From Macrostomum lignano (lineage: Eukaryota): a stretch of 64,000 nt of DNA. The stretch spans positions 1 through 64,000 of the forward strand of contig NIVC01001591.1 of NCBI GenBank assembly GCA_002269645.1, in the 5' to 3' direction. How positions within the stretch are numbered: the first letter of the stretch is position 1; the number at the start of each line of letters is the position of its first letter. The notes under the pieces are model-generated. The model searched no databases. It had not been told where the DNA came from and was given only the letters and a program-made list of their open reading frames with translations. A program made the position numbers and the translations under genes. Below are positions 21,968-33,019 of the stretch, piece by piece.

Positions 21968-23983
21968 AATCTCTGCCCACACTCTACACCAGTCTCTGCC
22001 CACACTCTACCCCAATCTCTGCCCACACTCTACCCCAATCTCTGCCCACACTCTACACCAGTCTCTGCCCACACTCTACCCCAATCTCTGCCCACACTCT
22101 ACCCCAATCTCTGCCCACACTCTACCCCAATCTCTACTCACACTCTACCCCAATCTCTGCCCACACTCTACCCCAATCTCTGCCCACACTCTACCACAAT
22201 CTCTGCCCACACTCTACCCCAATCTCTGCCCACACTCTACCCCAATCTCTGCCCACACTCTACACCAATCTCTGCCCACACTCTACATCAGTCTCTGCCC
22301 ACACTCTACATCAGTCTCTGCCCACACTCTACATCAGTCTCTGCCCACACTCTACACCAATCTCTGCCCACACTCTACCCCAATCTCTGCCCACACTCTA
22401 CCCCAATCTCTGCCCACACTCTACCCCAATCTCTGCCCACACTCTACCCCAATCTCTGCCCACACTCTACATCAGTCTCTGCCCACACTCTACATCAGTC
22501 TCTGCCCACACTCTACATCAGTCTCTGCCCACACTCTACATCAGTCTCTGCCCACACTCTACATCAGTCTCTGCCCACACTCTACATCAATCTCTGCCCA
22601 CACTCTACATCAGTCTCTGCCCACACTCTACATCAGTCTCTGCCCACACTCTACATCAGTCTCTGCCCACACTCTACATCAGTCTCTGCCCACACTCTAC
22701 ATCAGTCTCTGCCCACACTCTACATCAGTCTCTGCCCACACTCTACATCAATCTCTGCCCACACTCTACATCAGTCTCTGCCCACACTCTACATCAGTCT
22801 CTGCCCACACTCTACATCAGTCTCTGCCCACACTCTACATCAGTCTCTGCCCACACTCTACATCAGTCTCTGCCCACACTCTACATCAGTCTCTGCCCAC
22901 ACTCTACATCAGTCTCTGCCCACACTCTACATCAGTCTCTGCCCACACTCTACATCAGTCTCTGCCCACACTCTACCCCAATCTCTGCCCACGCTCTACA
23001 TCAGTCTCTGCCCACACTCTACCCCAATCTCTTCCCACACTCTACCCCAATCTCTGCCCACACTCTACATCAGTCTCTGCCCACACTCTACCCCAATCTC
23101 TGCCCACACTCTACATCAGTCTCTGCCCACACTCTACCCCAATCTCTACCCACACTCTACCCCAATCTCTGCCCACACTCTACCCCAATCTCTGCCCACA
23201 CTCTACCCCAATCTCTGCCCACACTCTACATCAGTCTCTGCCCACACTCTACATCAGTCTCTGCCCACACTCTACATCAGTCTCTGCCCACACTCTACAT
23301 CAGTCTCTGCCCACACTCTACATCAGTCTCTGCCCACACTCTACATCAGTCTCTGCCCACACTCTACATCAGTCTCTGCCCACACTCTACATCAGTCTCT
23401 GCCCACACTCTACATCAGTCTCTGCCCACACTCTACATCAGTCTCTGCCCACACTCTACATCAGTCTCTGCCCACACTCTACATCAGTCTCTGCCCACAC
23501 TCTACATCAGTCTCTGCCCACACTCTACATCAGTCTCTGCCCACACTCTACATCAGTCTCTGCCCACACTCTACATCAGTCTCTGCCCACACTCTACCCC
23601 AATCTCTGCCCACACTCTACATCAGTCTCTGCCCACACTCTACCGCAATCTCTGCCCACACTCTACCCCAATCTCTGCCCACACTCTACATCAGTCTCTG
23701 CCCACACTCTACCCCAATCTCTACCCACACTCTACCCCAATCTCTGCCCACACTCTACATCAGTCTCTGCCCACACTCTACATCAGTCTCTGCCCACACT
23801 CTACATCAGTCTCTGCCCACACTCTACACCAATCTCTGCCCACACTCTACCCCAATCTCTGCCCACACTCTACATCAGTCTCTGCCCACACTCTACCCCA
23901 ATCTCTACCCACACTCTACCCCAATCTCTGCCCACACTCTACATCAGTCTCTGCCCACACTCTACATCAGTCTCTGCCCACGC
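21968..23983. repeat. 23-bp C-rich minisatellite (CTCTGCCCACACTCTACCCCAAT / ...ACATCAGT)n, right arm
   Basis: About 87 copies of two variants; explains the 715-aa and 694-aa ORF calls. Confidence 0.95.
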
Positions 23984-24064
23984 CCACCTCACATGCGGCC
24001 CGCGAAGTCTCTCTATCCGGCCGTCGGTTCCTTTAAAACTTCACAATAGCAATCCGATCCGCTC

Positions 24065-24230
24065 ACAGTTTGTCTCTTCTCAGCTCTCTTCTCTCTAATC
24101 GCCTCTTCTCTTTTCTCTAATCTCTCCTCTCCCTTCTTCTCACACTTACTCTCCTCTCCCCCCTCTCTACTCTCATCTCCTTTCCTCTTCCCTTCTCTCC
24201 TCTTTCCTTTCATCTTCTCTCCTCCTTTTG
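24065..24230. repeat. CT-rich low-complexity tract
   Basis: Almost pure pyrimidine on the plus strand. Confidence 0.85.
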
Positions 24231-24378
24231 AGGGGTGGAGCAATCAATGCAGCGTATTGCTTAAAATATAAAGCAATTGTAATCATGAAAACTTAATCAA
24301 CGAAAAAATTAACCTGGTACTACGTAAGACAAAAATTTTATTTTTCGATCAGATTTAAATAATATTTTAATTCAATTT

Positions 24379-25080
24379 TGTTGGGCTGCGCCCTTCCAGT
24401 GTGTATGTACTCGTACTTTTGTTTTCAGTTTTCATGCCACCCCGCCCCGTCCCCCGTCTCGCGCCCGGGCCAGGGTTTGTGAGAGGCGTAAGTCTCAACC
24501 CTGGCCTAGCCCTTTGCACCCAGCCCCCGGCCCAATCTCTGTCCAATCTGGGTGCCCCCCCCCCTCCCTCGTTGCCCGCCTCACCCTGGGGCTGCTCGTA
24601 TTGGCTGGCTGGCTGATAAGCCGGCTGGGCCCCAGGGTTTGGCTCGCCGTCTCCATTCTGCCCCACCCCTCCCCCTTTTTTGTGTATTATTTAAATGCTA
24701 GCCCTGAGCGGGCTGCGCTCCACGTTTGCTCTCTATTGGTGTCCGCTTCGTTCTTACTGTTTTTGCGTTCATCGGCGTACCTCTGCCTTCGCGTGCCAAT
24801 AACTGCTTCGGGCCAATAAACGCTTCGTTAGTAACTCGATATATCAAGAGGAGGTGAGCTCGAGCTTTCGTTCTTCTGGGTTGCCGCGTGGGGCCGGGAT
24901 CTGCAGGGACCTGGGAACGGTGAACTCTCGCCGATCCCAGGGTGTTCGGTCAGGCGAACTCTCGCCGAACCGAGCGAGACAGGGTAGGAATAGCCGGGGT
25001 GAGGGCTGGGACCGGGGTGTCTCAGGCGGGGAGGGCCCGAACCTTGACCCGTCCAGCGGCCATTAGGCCGAGACACAACA
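24379..25080 (+). repeat. 5' LTR (702 bp)
   Basis: TGTTGGG...CACAACA; AATAAA at 24815-24820. By eye it differs from the 3' LTR only by a 3-nt indel and one C in a homopolymer. Confidence 0.97.
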
Positions 25081-25082
25081 AG

Positions 25083-25100
25083 TGGTGCCGTGACCAGGAT
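25083..25100 (+). promoter_or_regulatory. Primer-binding site, tRNA-His
   Basis: TGGTGCCGTGACCAGGAT, 2 nt after the LTR; its complement ATCCTGGTCACGGCACCA matches the 3' end of eukaryotic tRNA-His (...GTCACGGCA-CCA). Confidence 0.85.
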
Positions 25101-25204
25101 CAGCGGTCCTCTCCCCTGCTGTCCTGCCGTGTGTTTAGGGTTGTGTGTGTTGCCTAGTTTATTTGTGTGTTGTTTGCTTCGGTTGTCTCTGTGTTTTTGT
25201 AGCC

Positions 25205-26185
25205 ATGGCCAATTTAGACGATCTGATTGACGCCCTGACGGCGCGTCTGCAAAACGAACTTAATGTGGCACAGCGGGTGCCGAGGCCAAATAAGTACGTG
25301 CCCACACAGGACTTTGCCCTTTGGATGCAACAATTCACAGGGTATTGTGAGGCGGCTCATATTCTAGGGGATCAGCGCAAGCAGGCGCTGCTCAGTCTGC
25401 TTGACTTTAATACTGCTTTTAAGGCTGTTGCGAATCTTGAGTTGGCCGATGATTTGCCGTATGATGAGTTTGTTGAGCAGCTAGAAGCTAGGTTTGATGA
25501 GAATAGGACTGCTCAAGATTACAAGACCGAGTTCCAGAGTAGGAATCAGAAAGATGGCGAGCCCATTGAAGAATATGCAGACGTGCTCAAGGAGCTTATG
25601 AGAAAATCGTACCCAATGCTGCCAGCGGCCCAGCGAGAAGAGTTGGTGAAAGACAGGTTTTTGAAGGGGATTCGGGTGCCAGCCCGGGTGCTGGAGAGCG
25701 TGCTGCTGCAAGCGCCAGAGACGCTCCAGGACGCTATTAGGCGGGTGCGTCAAGTGAGGGCATCGTTGGCTCTGATGGAGCCTGAGGGTAAGCGAGCTGT
25801 GCACATGGTGGGGGGTCAGGCCGCAGCGGCTGGCAACAGCCAGGAGTCCAGGGCAGCCGCCGAGATAGCAGCTCTGAAAGCGGAAGTGGCTCAGCTAAAA
25901 GCAAGTGCTGCAGCGCCCACTGCGCCGATGGCGACAGCAAGGTCTGAGCAGCCAAAAGTGAGCTTGCAGCATCGAGCCCCTGAGCAGAGTCAGCAGCAGA
26001 GGCAGTGTGGTCGGTGCCTGCAGACAGGGCATACTACGGCTCGGTGCCGTAATGCAGTGGTCTGCCGGGAGTGTGGCCAGTCAGGGCACATGCGCAACCG
26101 CTGCGATCGTCGGTGGGACCAGTCGGGTTCGGGAAACGGATTGGGGGCTCGGCCGGGGCACCCGTCCGGGCCCCAGCGTCAGTGA
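25205..26185 (+). CDS. gag: Gag with two CCHC zinc knuckles
   Basis: ATG at 25205 (GCCATGG context); capsid-like region; CGRCLQTGHTTARC and CRECGQSGHMRNRC. Confidence 0.93.
   Translation: MANLDDLIDALTARLQNELNVAQRVPRPNKYVPTQDFALWMQQFTGYCEAAHILGDQRKQALLSLLDFNTAFKAVANLELADDLPYDEFVEQLEARFDENRTAQDYKTEFQSRNQKDGEPIEEYADVLKELMRKSYPMLPAAQREELVKDRFLKGIRVPARVLESVLLQAPETLQDAIRRVRQVRASLALMEPEGKRAVHMVGGQAAAAGNSQESRAAAEIAALKAEVAQLKASAAAPTAPMATARSEQPKVSLQHRAPEQSQQQRQCGRCLQTGHTTARCRNAVVCRECGQSGHMRNRCDRRWDQSGSGNGLGARPGHPSGPQRQ
26131..26174 (+). promoter_or_regulatory. -1 programmed ribosomal frameshift signal (gag-pol)
   Basis: Heptamer G GGA AAC in gag phase at 26131-26137; about 7 nt downstream a GC-rich stem GGGGCTCGG...CCGGGCCCC with inner CGGG/CCCG. 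pol is in the -1 frame. Confidence 0.85.
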
Positions 26186-29100
26186 ATCCGGGTGCATCGG
26201 GGGCCGCGGCCTTGTCCCAGAGTGTGCTGAGTCGGCAGGGACTGGGCTATGTGGATGCACAGTTTAGGTTTGGGCCCCCGATTGCATGTCTGCTGGACAG
26301 CGGGGCCACCGTGTCGTTGTTAAGCAACCGTTTCCTGAAGTCTAGAAAAGCCGACATTGACTTATCGCCGAATTTGCCGAATTTTTCCGTTTTCGCTGCC
26401 AATGGGGAACCGATTGCTGTACATGGAATGGTGACGATGAAGTTTTCTGTTGGGGACACCGAGTTTTTGCACGAGTTCGCTGTGGTCGAGGAACTGGCTG
26501 TGGCATGTATTCTGGGCACTGACTTTTTCGTGAGACACGGGATGGCGATTGACTTTGCTAGGAATTGCTTGCAGACTGCATCCTGTGTGTATCCGTTTCG
26601 CTTATCAGCAGATAAGCCGCGTCTTTGCCGTCTGGTGCTGAGTCAGCCTGAGCAGTTCAATGCAGGTCAAGAGAAGGTGGTGCACGTCAGGTTGCAGAGA
26701 AGGGTTCCCTCTGGGGTTCAGTTCCTAGGCATTGTGGAGTCTGAGAGGAGAGTGAGTAACGAGCAGATGGTGGCCAGATCGGTACAGATGCCTGACGGGG
26801 ACGGTCGCTTGGCTGTCAGGGTGTTGAACACGTCAGGATGCAGTCTGTCATTAAGGAAGGGAAGCCGAATTGGTTGGTTCTCCCCAGTGGCGGCCCAGCA
26901 GCCAGCTGGGTGGCAGGTGAACTCGGTGGAGAGTGTCCGAGACGACTGGAACCCCCTCAGCGATGTCAAGGAGTGGGGAGGATGTGGCCTGACGGGCGAT
27001 GAGAAGCACGAGTTTGAGCGCCTGATGGCTCGGAATCGTGATGTCTTTGCCAGGGATAGCTCGGAGTTGGGACAGTCACACTTGATGGCGCATGAGATTG
27101 ACACCGGCAACGCCAAGCCAGTAAGTCAGCCCGCGCGTAGGATTCCACCGCGCTGGAAGGAGGAAATTGATAAGCAGGTTGATGAGTTGTTGCAGCAGGA
27201 TCGCATCTATCCCTGCTACTCTCCGTGGGCGAGCCCGATCGTGCCGGTTAAAAAGGCCGACGGTAGCTTGAGGTTGTGTCTAGACTATCGGCGCCTTAAC
27301 GAGGTCACAGTGCCAGATCCTTACCCACCGCCGCGGATGGACGAGACGCTTGATGCGCTAGGAGGGAACTGTGTTTTCTCGACGATGGATCTGGCCTCCG
27401 GCTATCATCAGTGCCCGATTGAGCCGAAGGACCAGTTGAAAACGGCGTTCGTGGTACCCAACAGGGGTCAGTTCGCCTGGAAGTGCATGAGTTTTGGCTT
27501 GCGCAATGCTCCCGCTACGTTCGCCAGGCTAATGTCTATGGCCCTGTCTGAGGTTAACTGGAAGGAGTGCCTGGTGTACTTTGACGATATAGTCGTGTTC
27601 GCCAAGTCGGTGGGTCAGCATCTCGAGCGATTGAAGCATGTTTTCCAGTGCCTGAGGGATGCCAATGTCAAGCTGAAGCCCGCCAAGTGTGTGTTCCTCG
27701 CAGAGCGGGTGAAGTTTCTGGGCCACATCGTCTCTCAGGAGGGGATCGCAACGGACCCGAGCAAGTGCGAGGAGATCCAGAATTGGCCGAGGCCATGTAG
27801 CGCCAAGAAGGTGCAGGCATTCCTGGGTACGTGCGCCTACTATCAGTCATTTATCCCGCAGTTTTCGGAGATTGCAGCGCCGCTGTATAGGTTAACCGCA
27901 GACGGAGTGAAGTTTGAGTGGGGTAGTGAAGAGGAGAGTTCGTTTTGCAGGCTGAAAGACGCTTTGTGTTCACCGAATGTGATGGCATTCCCGGATTTTT
28001 CGCCTGGTGCCGGGGAGTTCATCCTCGACACGGACGCCAGTTCGCGCGTCGGGCTGGGAGCCGTCCTGTCACAGCGTCAAGCAGATGGCCGTGAGAAGGT
28101 GATCGCTTACGGGTCTAGGATGATTCATGCGGCGGAGAAAAATTATTGCACCACCAGGTTAGAGTTGCTTGCCGTCGTGCACTTCGTCAAAAAGTATAGG
28201 TACTATTTGTTAGGTAGAAAGTTCACTGTTCGTTCAGACCACAAAGCTTTGCAGTGGCTAGCCAGTCTGAAGGACGTAGAGGGTCAGTGCGCAAGGTGGC
28301 TTGAGTCGCTCCAGAACTTCGACTTTGAGATCATTCACAGGCCAGGCAAGGAGCACGGCAACGCTGATTCGCTGTCTCGCAAGTACCGAAAACACGCTGG
28401 CCATGAGAGCTGCCCTAGCTGCCAGTTTAGCGAGAATGTGCCAGTAGTGAACGCGGTGTTTGGCAGTGGGCTGTCTTCGAAGGAAGTCCAGCAGGCGCAA
28501 GTGGCCGAGAAGAAGCTTGCAGCTGTCCGCTCCTATGCCCTGGACCCGGGTTCGAACCCCAGTGCGCCTAGAGTGATGTCGTGGGAGGAGCGTGTGCTGT
28601 GGGCACAACGGCAGCTGATAAGAGTAGAGTCTGATCTGTTGTATTTTCAGAGTCCCGGGAGTGGGTGCCAGAAAAAGATCTTGCTGCCGCCGGCTTTGCT
28701 GCCGAAAGTGCTCAGTGAGCTTCATGATGGGGTTGCAGGAGGGCACCTTGGGGTTAGGAAGACACAAGAGAAAGTGAAGGCGAGATACTGGTGGCCGGGG
28801 CTGAGTCGTTCCGTGGAAGAGTATTGCCGGAGCTGTGTCCACTGTGCGAAGGCGAAGCCTGGGCGCAGCAACCGGGCGCCTTTGCAGCCAATCTGCTCGG
28901 AAGGAGCTTTCCAGAGGATCATGAGTGACATTGTCGGGCCGTTGCCCAAGTCCAGAGGTGGCAATCGATTCGTGCTGACAATCCAGGATTCTTTTACTAA
29001 GTGGCCGGTGGCGGTGCCCTTGTCCAATCAGCGAGCCCCGACGGTGGCGCGAGCGATTTTTGATCACTGGATTGCGCACTTTGGTTGTCCTGAATTTCTA

Positions 29101-30068
29101 GTCACCGATAAGGGCACCAATTTTGAGTCGGCTTTGATGAAGCAGTTGTGTCGGTTGCTTGCCGTTAAGAAATGCAGAACGTCCTCCTATCACCCGATGG
29201 CTGATGGTCAGGCTGAGAGTTTCAATAAGACGTTGAAGTCAATGATCAAGTGCAGGATGAGTGAGTCGGTGGGCGAAGGAGACTGGGAGGATCTGATCCA
29301 CCCGTCTCTCATGGCGTACCGTAGCAGCGTTCACAGAGGCACGGGGTACACCCCGTACTACATGCTGTACGCCAGGGAGATGCGGCTTCCAGTGGACATC
29401 GGAACCTTGCCTGAGTCCATTCCTGCCAGTGCTCCGGCGTATGTTCAGTCATTAGGTAATAGTCTGGCTGAGGCTCATTCGCAGGTGCGGACCAACCTGC
29501 AGCAGTACCAGAGGAAACAGAAAGTGCTGTACGACTCAAGGGTGCGAGGCCCGGCCATAGAAGTGGGGATGCCGTCCTAGAATACTCGCCTGCGCTGCAG
29601 GCAGGGGAGGCAGCCAAGTTCCATTGCAATTGGAAGGGGCCGGCGAAGGTGTTAGAGAAGATATCCGATTTGAATTACCGGGTAAAGCACGCCAATAGGG
29701 GAAAGAGCAAAATAGTGCATTATAATAATTTGCGAAAAGTACCCGAGCGGCCTGAGCAGTTCAGGTTGATGAATAGGCATACGGCAGTGCAGCGCCGGTC
29801 GGCGCATCCGCCTGAGCCGGCAGGGTGCAGACAGGAGCCCGCGGGGCCGGCGACTAAAGAGCCGGAACTTGAGGAGGAGGAGGAGTTTTACTCGTATGTG
29901 GTGCCACCAGTTGCCGTTGGGCCTCGGCATGGGATAGTAGGGCCGGGAACGCCAGTTGCGCCATGCGCACCGGTGGCTCCAGCGGCGCCAGCCGTGTCTC
30001 CGCGCAGACTGCGCGAGCGTCGGGGTGTGCCCCCAGCGTATTACGGGAATCCGGTATTGTATCGTTAA
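26131..30068 (+). CDS. pol: Pol polyprotein (protease, RT, RNase H, integrase with GPY/F-like tail)
   Basis: LLDSGAT protease; YFDD RT; FILDTDAS RNase H; HHCC and DDE integrase (IMSD, LVTD, QAESFN). The stop at 29580 is removed by +1 G in the run at 29565-29568, joining WKGP-containing ORF 29649-30068. Confidence 0.95.
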
Positions 30069-30405
30069 TTCGCAGTGGGCTCACAAGGCGGTCGTCATAA
30101 ATTGATTTTTAATATGCACTTGTATTAATGCCTCCACGCTGTTGTCTATGGTAGAAAGCCTAAAATAACCTAAAATGAAAAAAATGATACAACCCCAAAG
30201 CACAAAAAAATCATAAAATGGAACGCATGGAAAGCACGTAAAAAACATTAAATGTATTAAAATTACAAAGTATGCTAGGCAAGAAGCGTTCTCAATCGTA
30301 TTGTAAAATAAACATGTCATAGGATGGGTCAGGTCAGGGTCACAGTTGCTAGTCCGCAAGGCATAGGTAGTGATTGGGTTTAAATGTCATCATTGCAGGA
30401 GGACC

Positions 30406-32081
30406 ATGTCGTCGCCAACGACACCGACTGATTTGTATGGCGTGTTAGGCGTGGGTCGGACTGCTAACTCTGCGGAGATTGAGGCAGCGTGTAGTCGTCT
30501 GTACTCAAAGCGGCCCCGCGTCTGTCCTGCCGAGGTAGAGTCTCCGGAGTCTCAGCGAGACGTGATGGCGATGTGCGTTTTATCTGACCCAGTGTTTCGG
30601 GAAGTATACGATCGGGTTGGGGAGGCAGCGTGTCAAGGGGTGTTAAAGTACGCCTACTTTTTCAATCCTCCCCCTGACGTTGAGTTGCCCGAGCAGGTCA
30701 GGTTAGCTTTGGCTAGTCTTAAGGGAAGCGCCGCAGGGGAAGCTCCAGTTCACGCGGAGATCCCAGCCGAGTTATTGGCTCCGGCTGCGCTTGCTGAGTG
30801 TAGGCGGCTGAGGGGTGCGCTGCTGGCGCGGTTGAGGGCTGGGGATAGTGAAGGAGCTTGCCTGGTGGTTCAGGAGGTGGCGAGGTTTCTTGATGGGGCT
30901 GGTGTGAGTGTGCCTGAGCAGTTGTCTAGATTCTTAGCAGTGTCTGTGTCGTTTCTGTGCAATCAGTATGGGCGGAAGAGAGGTTCTGGTGGTGGCTCCG
31001 GGAGGTGTCGGAGGGTCCCGCCTTCGGTGCTGCAGGCGGCGTTTGAGTGCGTGTTGTTGGCTGTGCGGGGTTTTGAGCTGTGTGAGTTGGGGGGTCCCTT
31101 GTTGGGGAGGCTCCGGGGTCTGTCTCTCTTAGTGGATCCTGGCCTCGCGCGGCGCCCGGAGGAGGGGAGTGACGGGCCGCACCTTTCGCAGACTCCGCTG
31201 ACGGCCCAGCGCGACTTGGCGACCGAAGAGTTAACGGGTGTCGACCCCGAGCAAGTACGACCGGCCGACACGGTCCAGGAGGTCTCCCCCGTGACGACCC
31301 GAATCAGCGCAAGGTCAGCTCGGCTAAGCGTCTCGTCGATGCAAAGGCATACCTAACGAGGCTGGGCCGGTCGATTCAGCCCGAGGACCTTCGTGGCGTG
31401 CGTCGATGTCTAGCGGCTGTAAACTCGCCGTACTGCCTGCGTCTAGAATGTCCCGTTGTCCGACCACTGCTGCAAGACCGACGGATCGTGTTCGCCCTGG
31501 GCCTGAAGGCCAGTGCTGCACCGTGGTGGCCATCGCTGCGAGACGATGTACGACGATTTCTAGCGGGTAGCTGGCCGCGTGTCGTGGCGGTCGGCGAAGT
31601 CGAGCTCAATTGGGACGCTGAGAGGTCGCAGCGCCAGGACCAGTTAACGGCGGCGATGGAGCAGTTCTTGCTTGCCAAGGAGTTCGGCCTGCCGGTTTTG
31701 TTCCGAGTTGAAGGCGGCGAACCTGCCTGGGCGGTCGCCCTAGGATTCCTCCGGCAGCCGGAGTTTCAAGCGATGAGCGTCATGCTGGCCGAGGACCTGG
31801 ACTTGCCGGAGGCCGTCGAGGCCGCGCTGGTGAGCAAGTGCCACGGGGTCTTCTTCGAGGTGTCCGCTCGGTGCCGAGGATCCCCGCGAGCGGTCCAACG
31901 GGCTAAGCGTCTCCCGCGGCAGCGCCTGCTAGTGACATCGGCCGCACCGTTTGGTGGAGACCCCAAGGACCCGACAGCCATCAAGTTCGTGCCGGAAGCC
32001 CTAGCGGACAGTGAATGTGATCGCAGGTACTGGACTCGACTGTTTGCGACCAACTGTAGTAGATTTTTTGGCCGATTGTAG
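30406..32081 (+). CDS. ORF3: degenerate J-domain plus helical linker plus TatD-like TIM barrel (about 558 aa after one +1 correction)
   Basis: DLYGVLGV...EIEAA...VLSDPVFREVYDRVG is J-domain-like. LVDAKAYL, ALGLKAS, VVAVGEVELNW, AKEFGLPVLF, LPRQRLLVTSAAPF, NCSRFF follow the TatD motif order. ATG at 30406 (ACCATG). Frames join with +1 C at 31286-31290. Confidence 0.8.
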
Positions 32082-32309
32082 AGTAGAATTGCGTTCTTAA
32101 GCCCGTTTTCAATCTTTGCGTACGCAATAGTTTGTGTCCCGTTTTCATTTTTTCGTTTTTGTTTTTTGTAATGCCGGCGATATCCACGCGTCGCGTCAAA
32201 GTTTTTCTGTTATTTTTCGGCCGTCGTTTTTTGAATTAACTTTTTTTCAGACTTGCTTGTTCATGCGTTGCTTTTTGCTTGACATCCCCTTTCTCCTCTT
32301 CTTTTTCGT

Positions 32310-32321
32310 GGAGGGGGAGGA
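32310..32321 (+). promoter_or_regulatory. Polypurine tract
   Basis: GGAGGGGGAGGA immediately before the 3' LTR. Confidence 0.9.
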
Positions 32322-33019
32322 TGTTGGGCTGCGCCCTTCCAGTGTGTATGTCGTACTTTTGTTTTCAGTTTTCATGCCACCCCGCCCCGTCCCCCGTCTC
32401 GCGCCCGGGCCAGGGTTTGTGAGAGGCGTAAGTCTCAACCCTGGCCTAGCCCTTTGCACCCAGCCCCCGGCCCAATCTCTGTCCAATCTGGGTGCCCCCC
32501 CCCTCCCTCGTTGCCCGCCTCACCCTGGGGCTGCTCGTATTGGCTGGCTGGCTGATAAGCCGGCTGGGCCCCAGGGTTTGGCTCGCCGTCTCCATTCTGC
32601 CCCACCCCTCCCCCTTTTTTGTGTATTATTTAAATGCTAGCCCTGAGCGGGCTGCGCTCCACGTTTGCTCTCTATTGGTGTCCGCTTCGTTCTTACTGTT
32701 TTTGCGTTCATCGGCGTACCTCTGCCTTCGCGTGCCAATAACTGCTTCGGGCCAATAAACGCTTCGTTAGTAACTCGATATATCAAGAGGAGGTGAGCTC
32801 GAGCTTTCGTTCTTCTGGGTTGCCGCGTGGGGCCGGGATCTGCAGGGACCTGGGAACGGTGAACTCTCGCCGATCCCAGGGTGTTCGGTCAGGCGAACTC
32901 TCGCCGAACCGAGCGAGACAGGGTAGGAATAGCCGGGGTGAGGGCTGGGACCGGGGTGTCTCAGGCGGGGAGGGCCCGAACCTTGACCCGTCCAGCGGCC
33001 ATTAGGCCGAGACACAACA
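32322..33019 (+). repeat. 3' LTR (698 bp)
   Basis: Near-identical copy of 24379-25080. Confidence 0.97.

Larger units (their letters stand above)
24379..33019 (+). mobile_element. Full-length Ty3/Gypsy LTR retrotransposon (8641 bp) with an additional third ORF
   Basis: Two TG...CA LTRs, TSD ATTT (24375-24378, 33020-33023), PBS, PPT, gag, pol in PR-RT-RH-IN order, extra ORF3. Confidence 0.97.

Noticed and set aside
21902-24049. 715-aa and 694-aa ORFs (also 20422-21207, 9243-9869, 12887-13564, 53959-54433, 40219-40671, 42064-42790 and similar)
   Set aside because: Stop-free translations of minisatellites, open in several frames, with periodicity equal to the DNA unit.
28258-29079. Long antisense ORFs over pol (also 54454-55143 over the GPCR, 8012-8581 over SLX4, 4113-4553 over the channel)
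   Set aside because: Shadow ORFs opposite GC-rich coding sequence with no recognisable domains.
30081-30359. Hydrophobic 92-aa antisense ORF inside the retrotransposon
   Set aside because: Hydrophobicity follows from the T-rich composition of that strand; no motif support.
30370-32081. ORF3 as a retroviral env
   Set aside because: No signal peptide, furin site/fusion peptide arrangement or C-terminal transmembrane helix; motifs match J and TatD folds instead.
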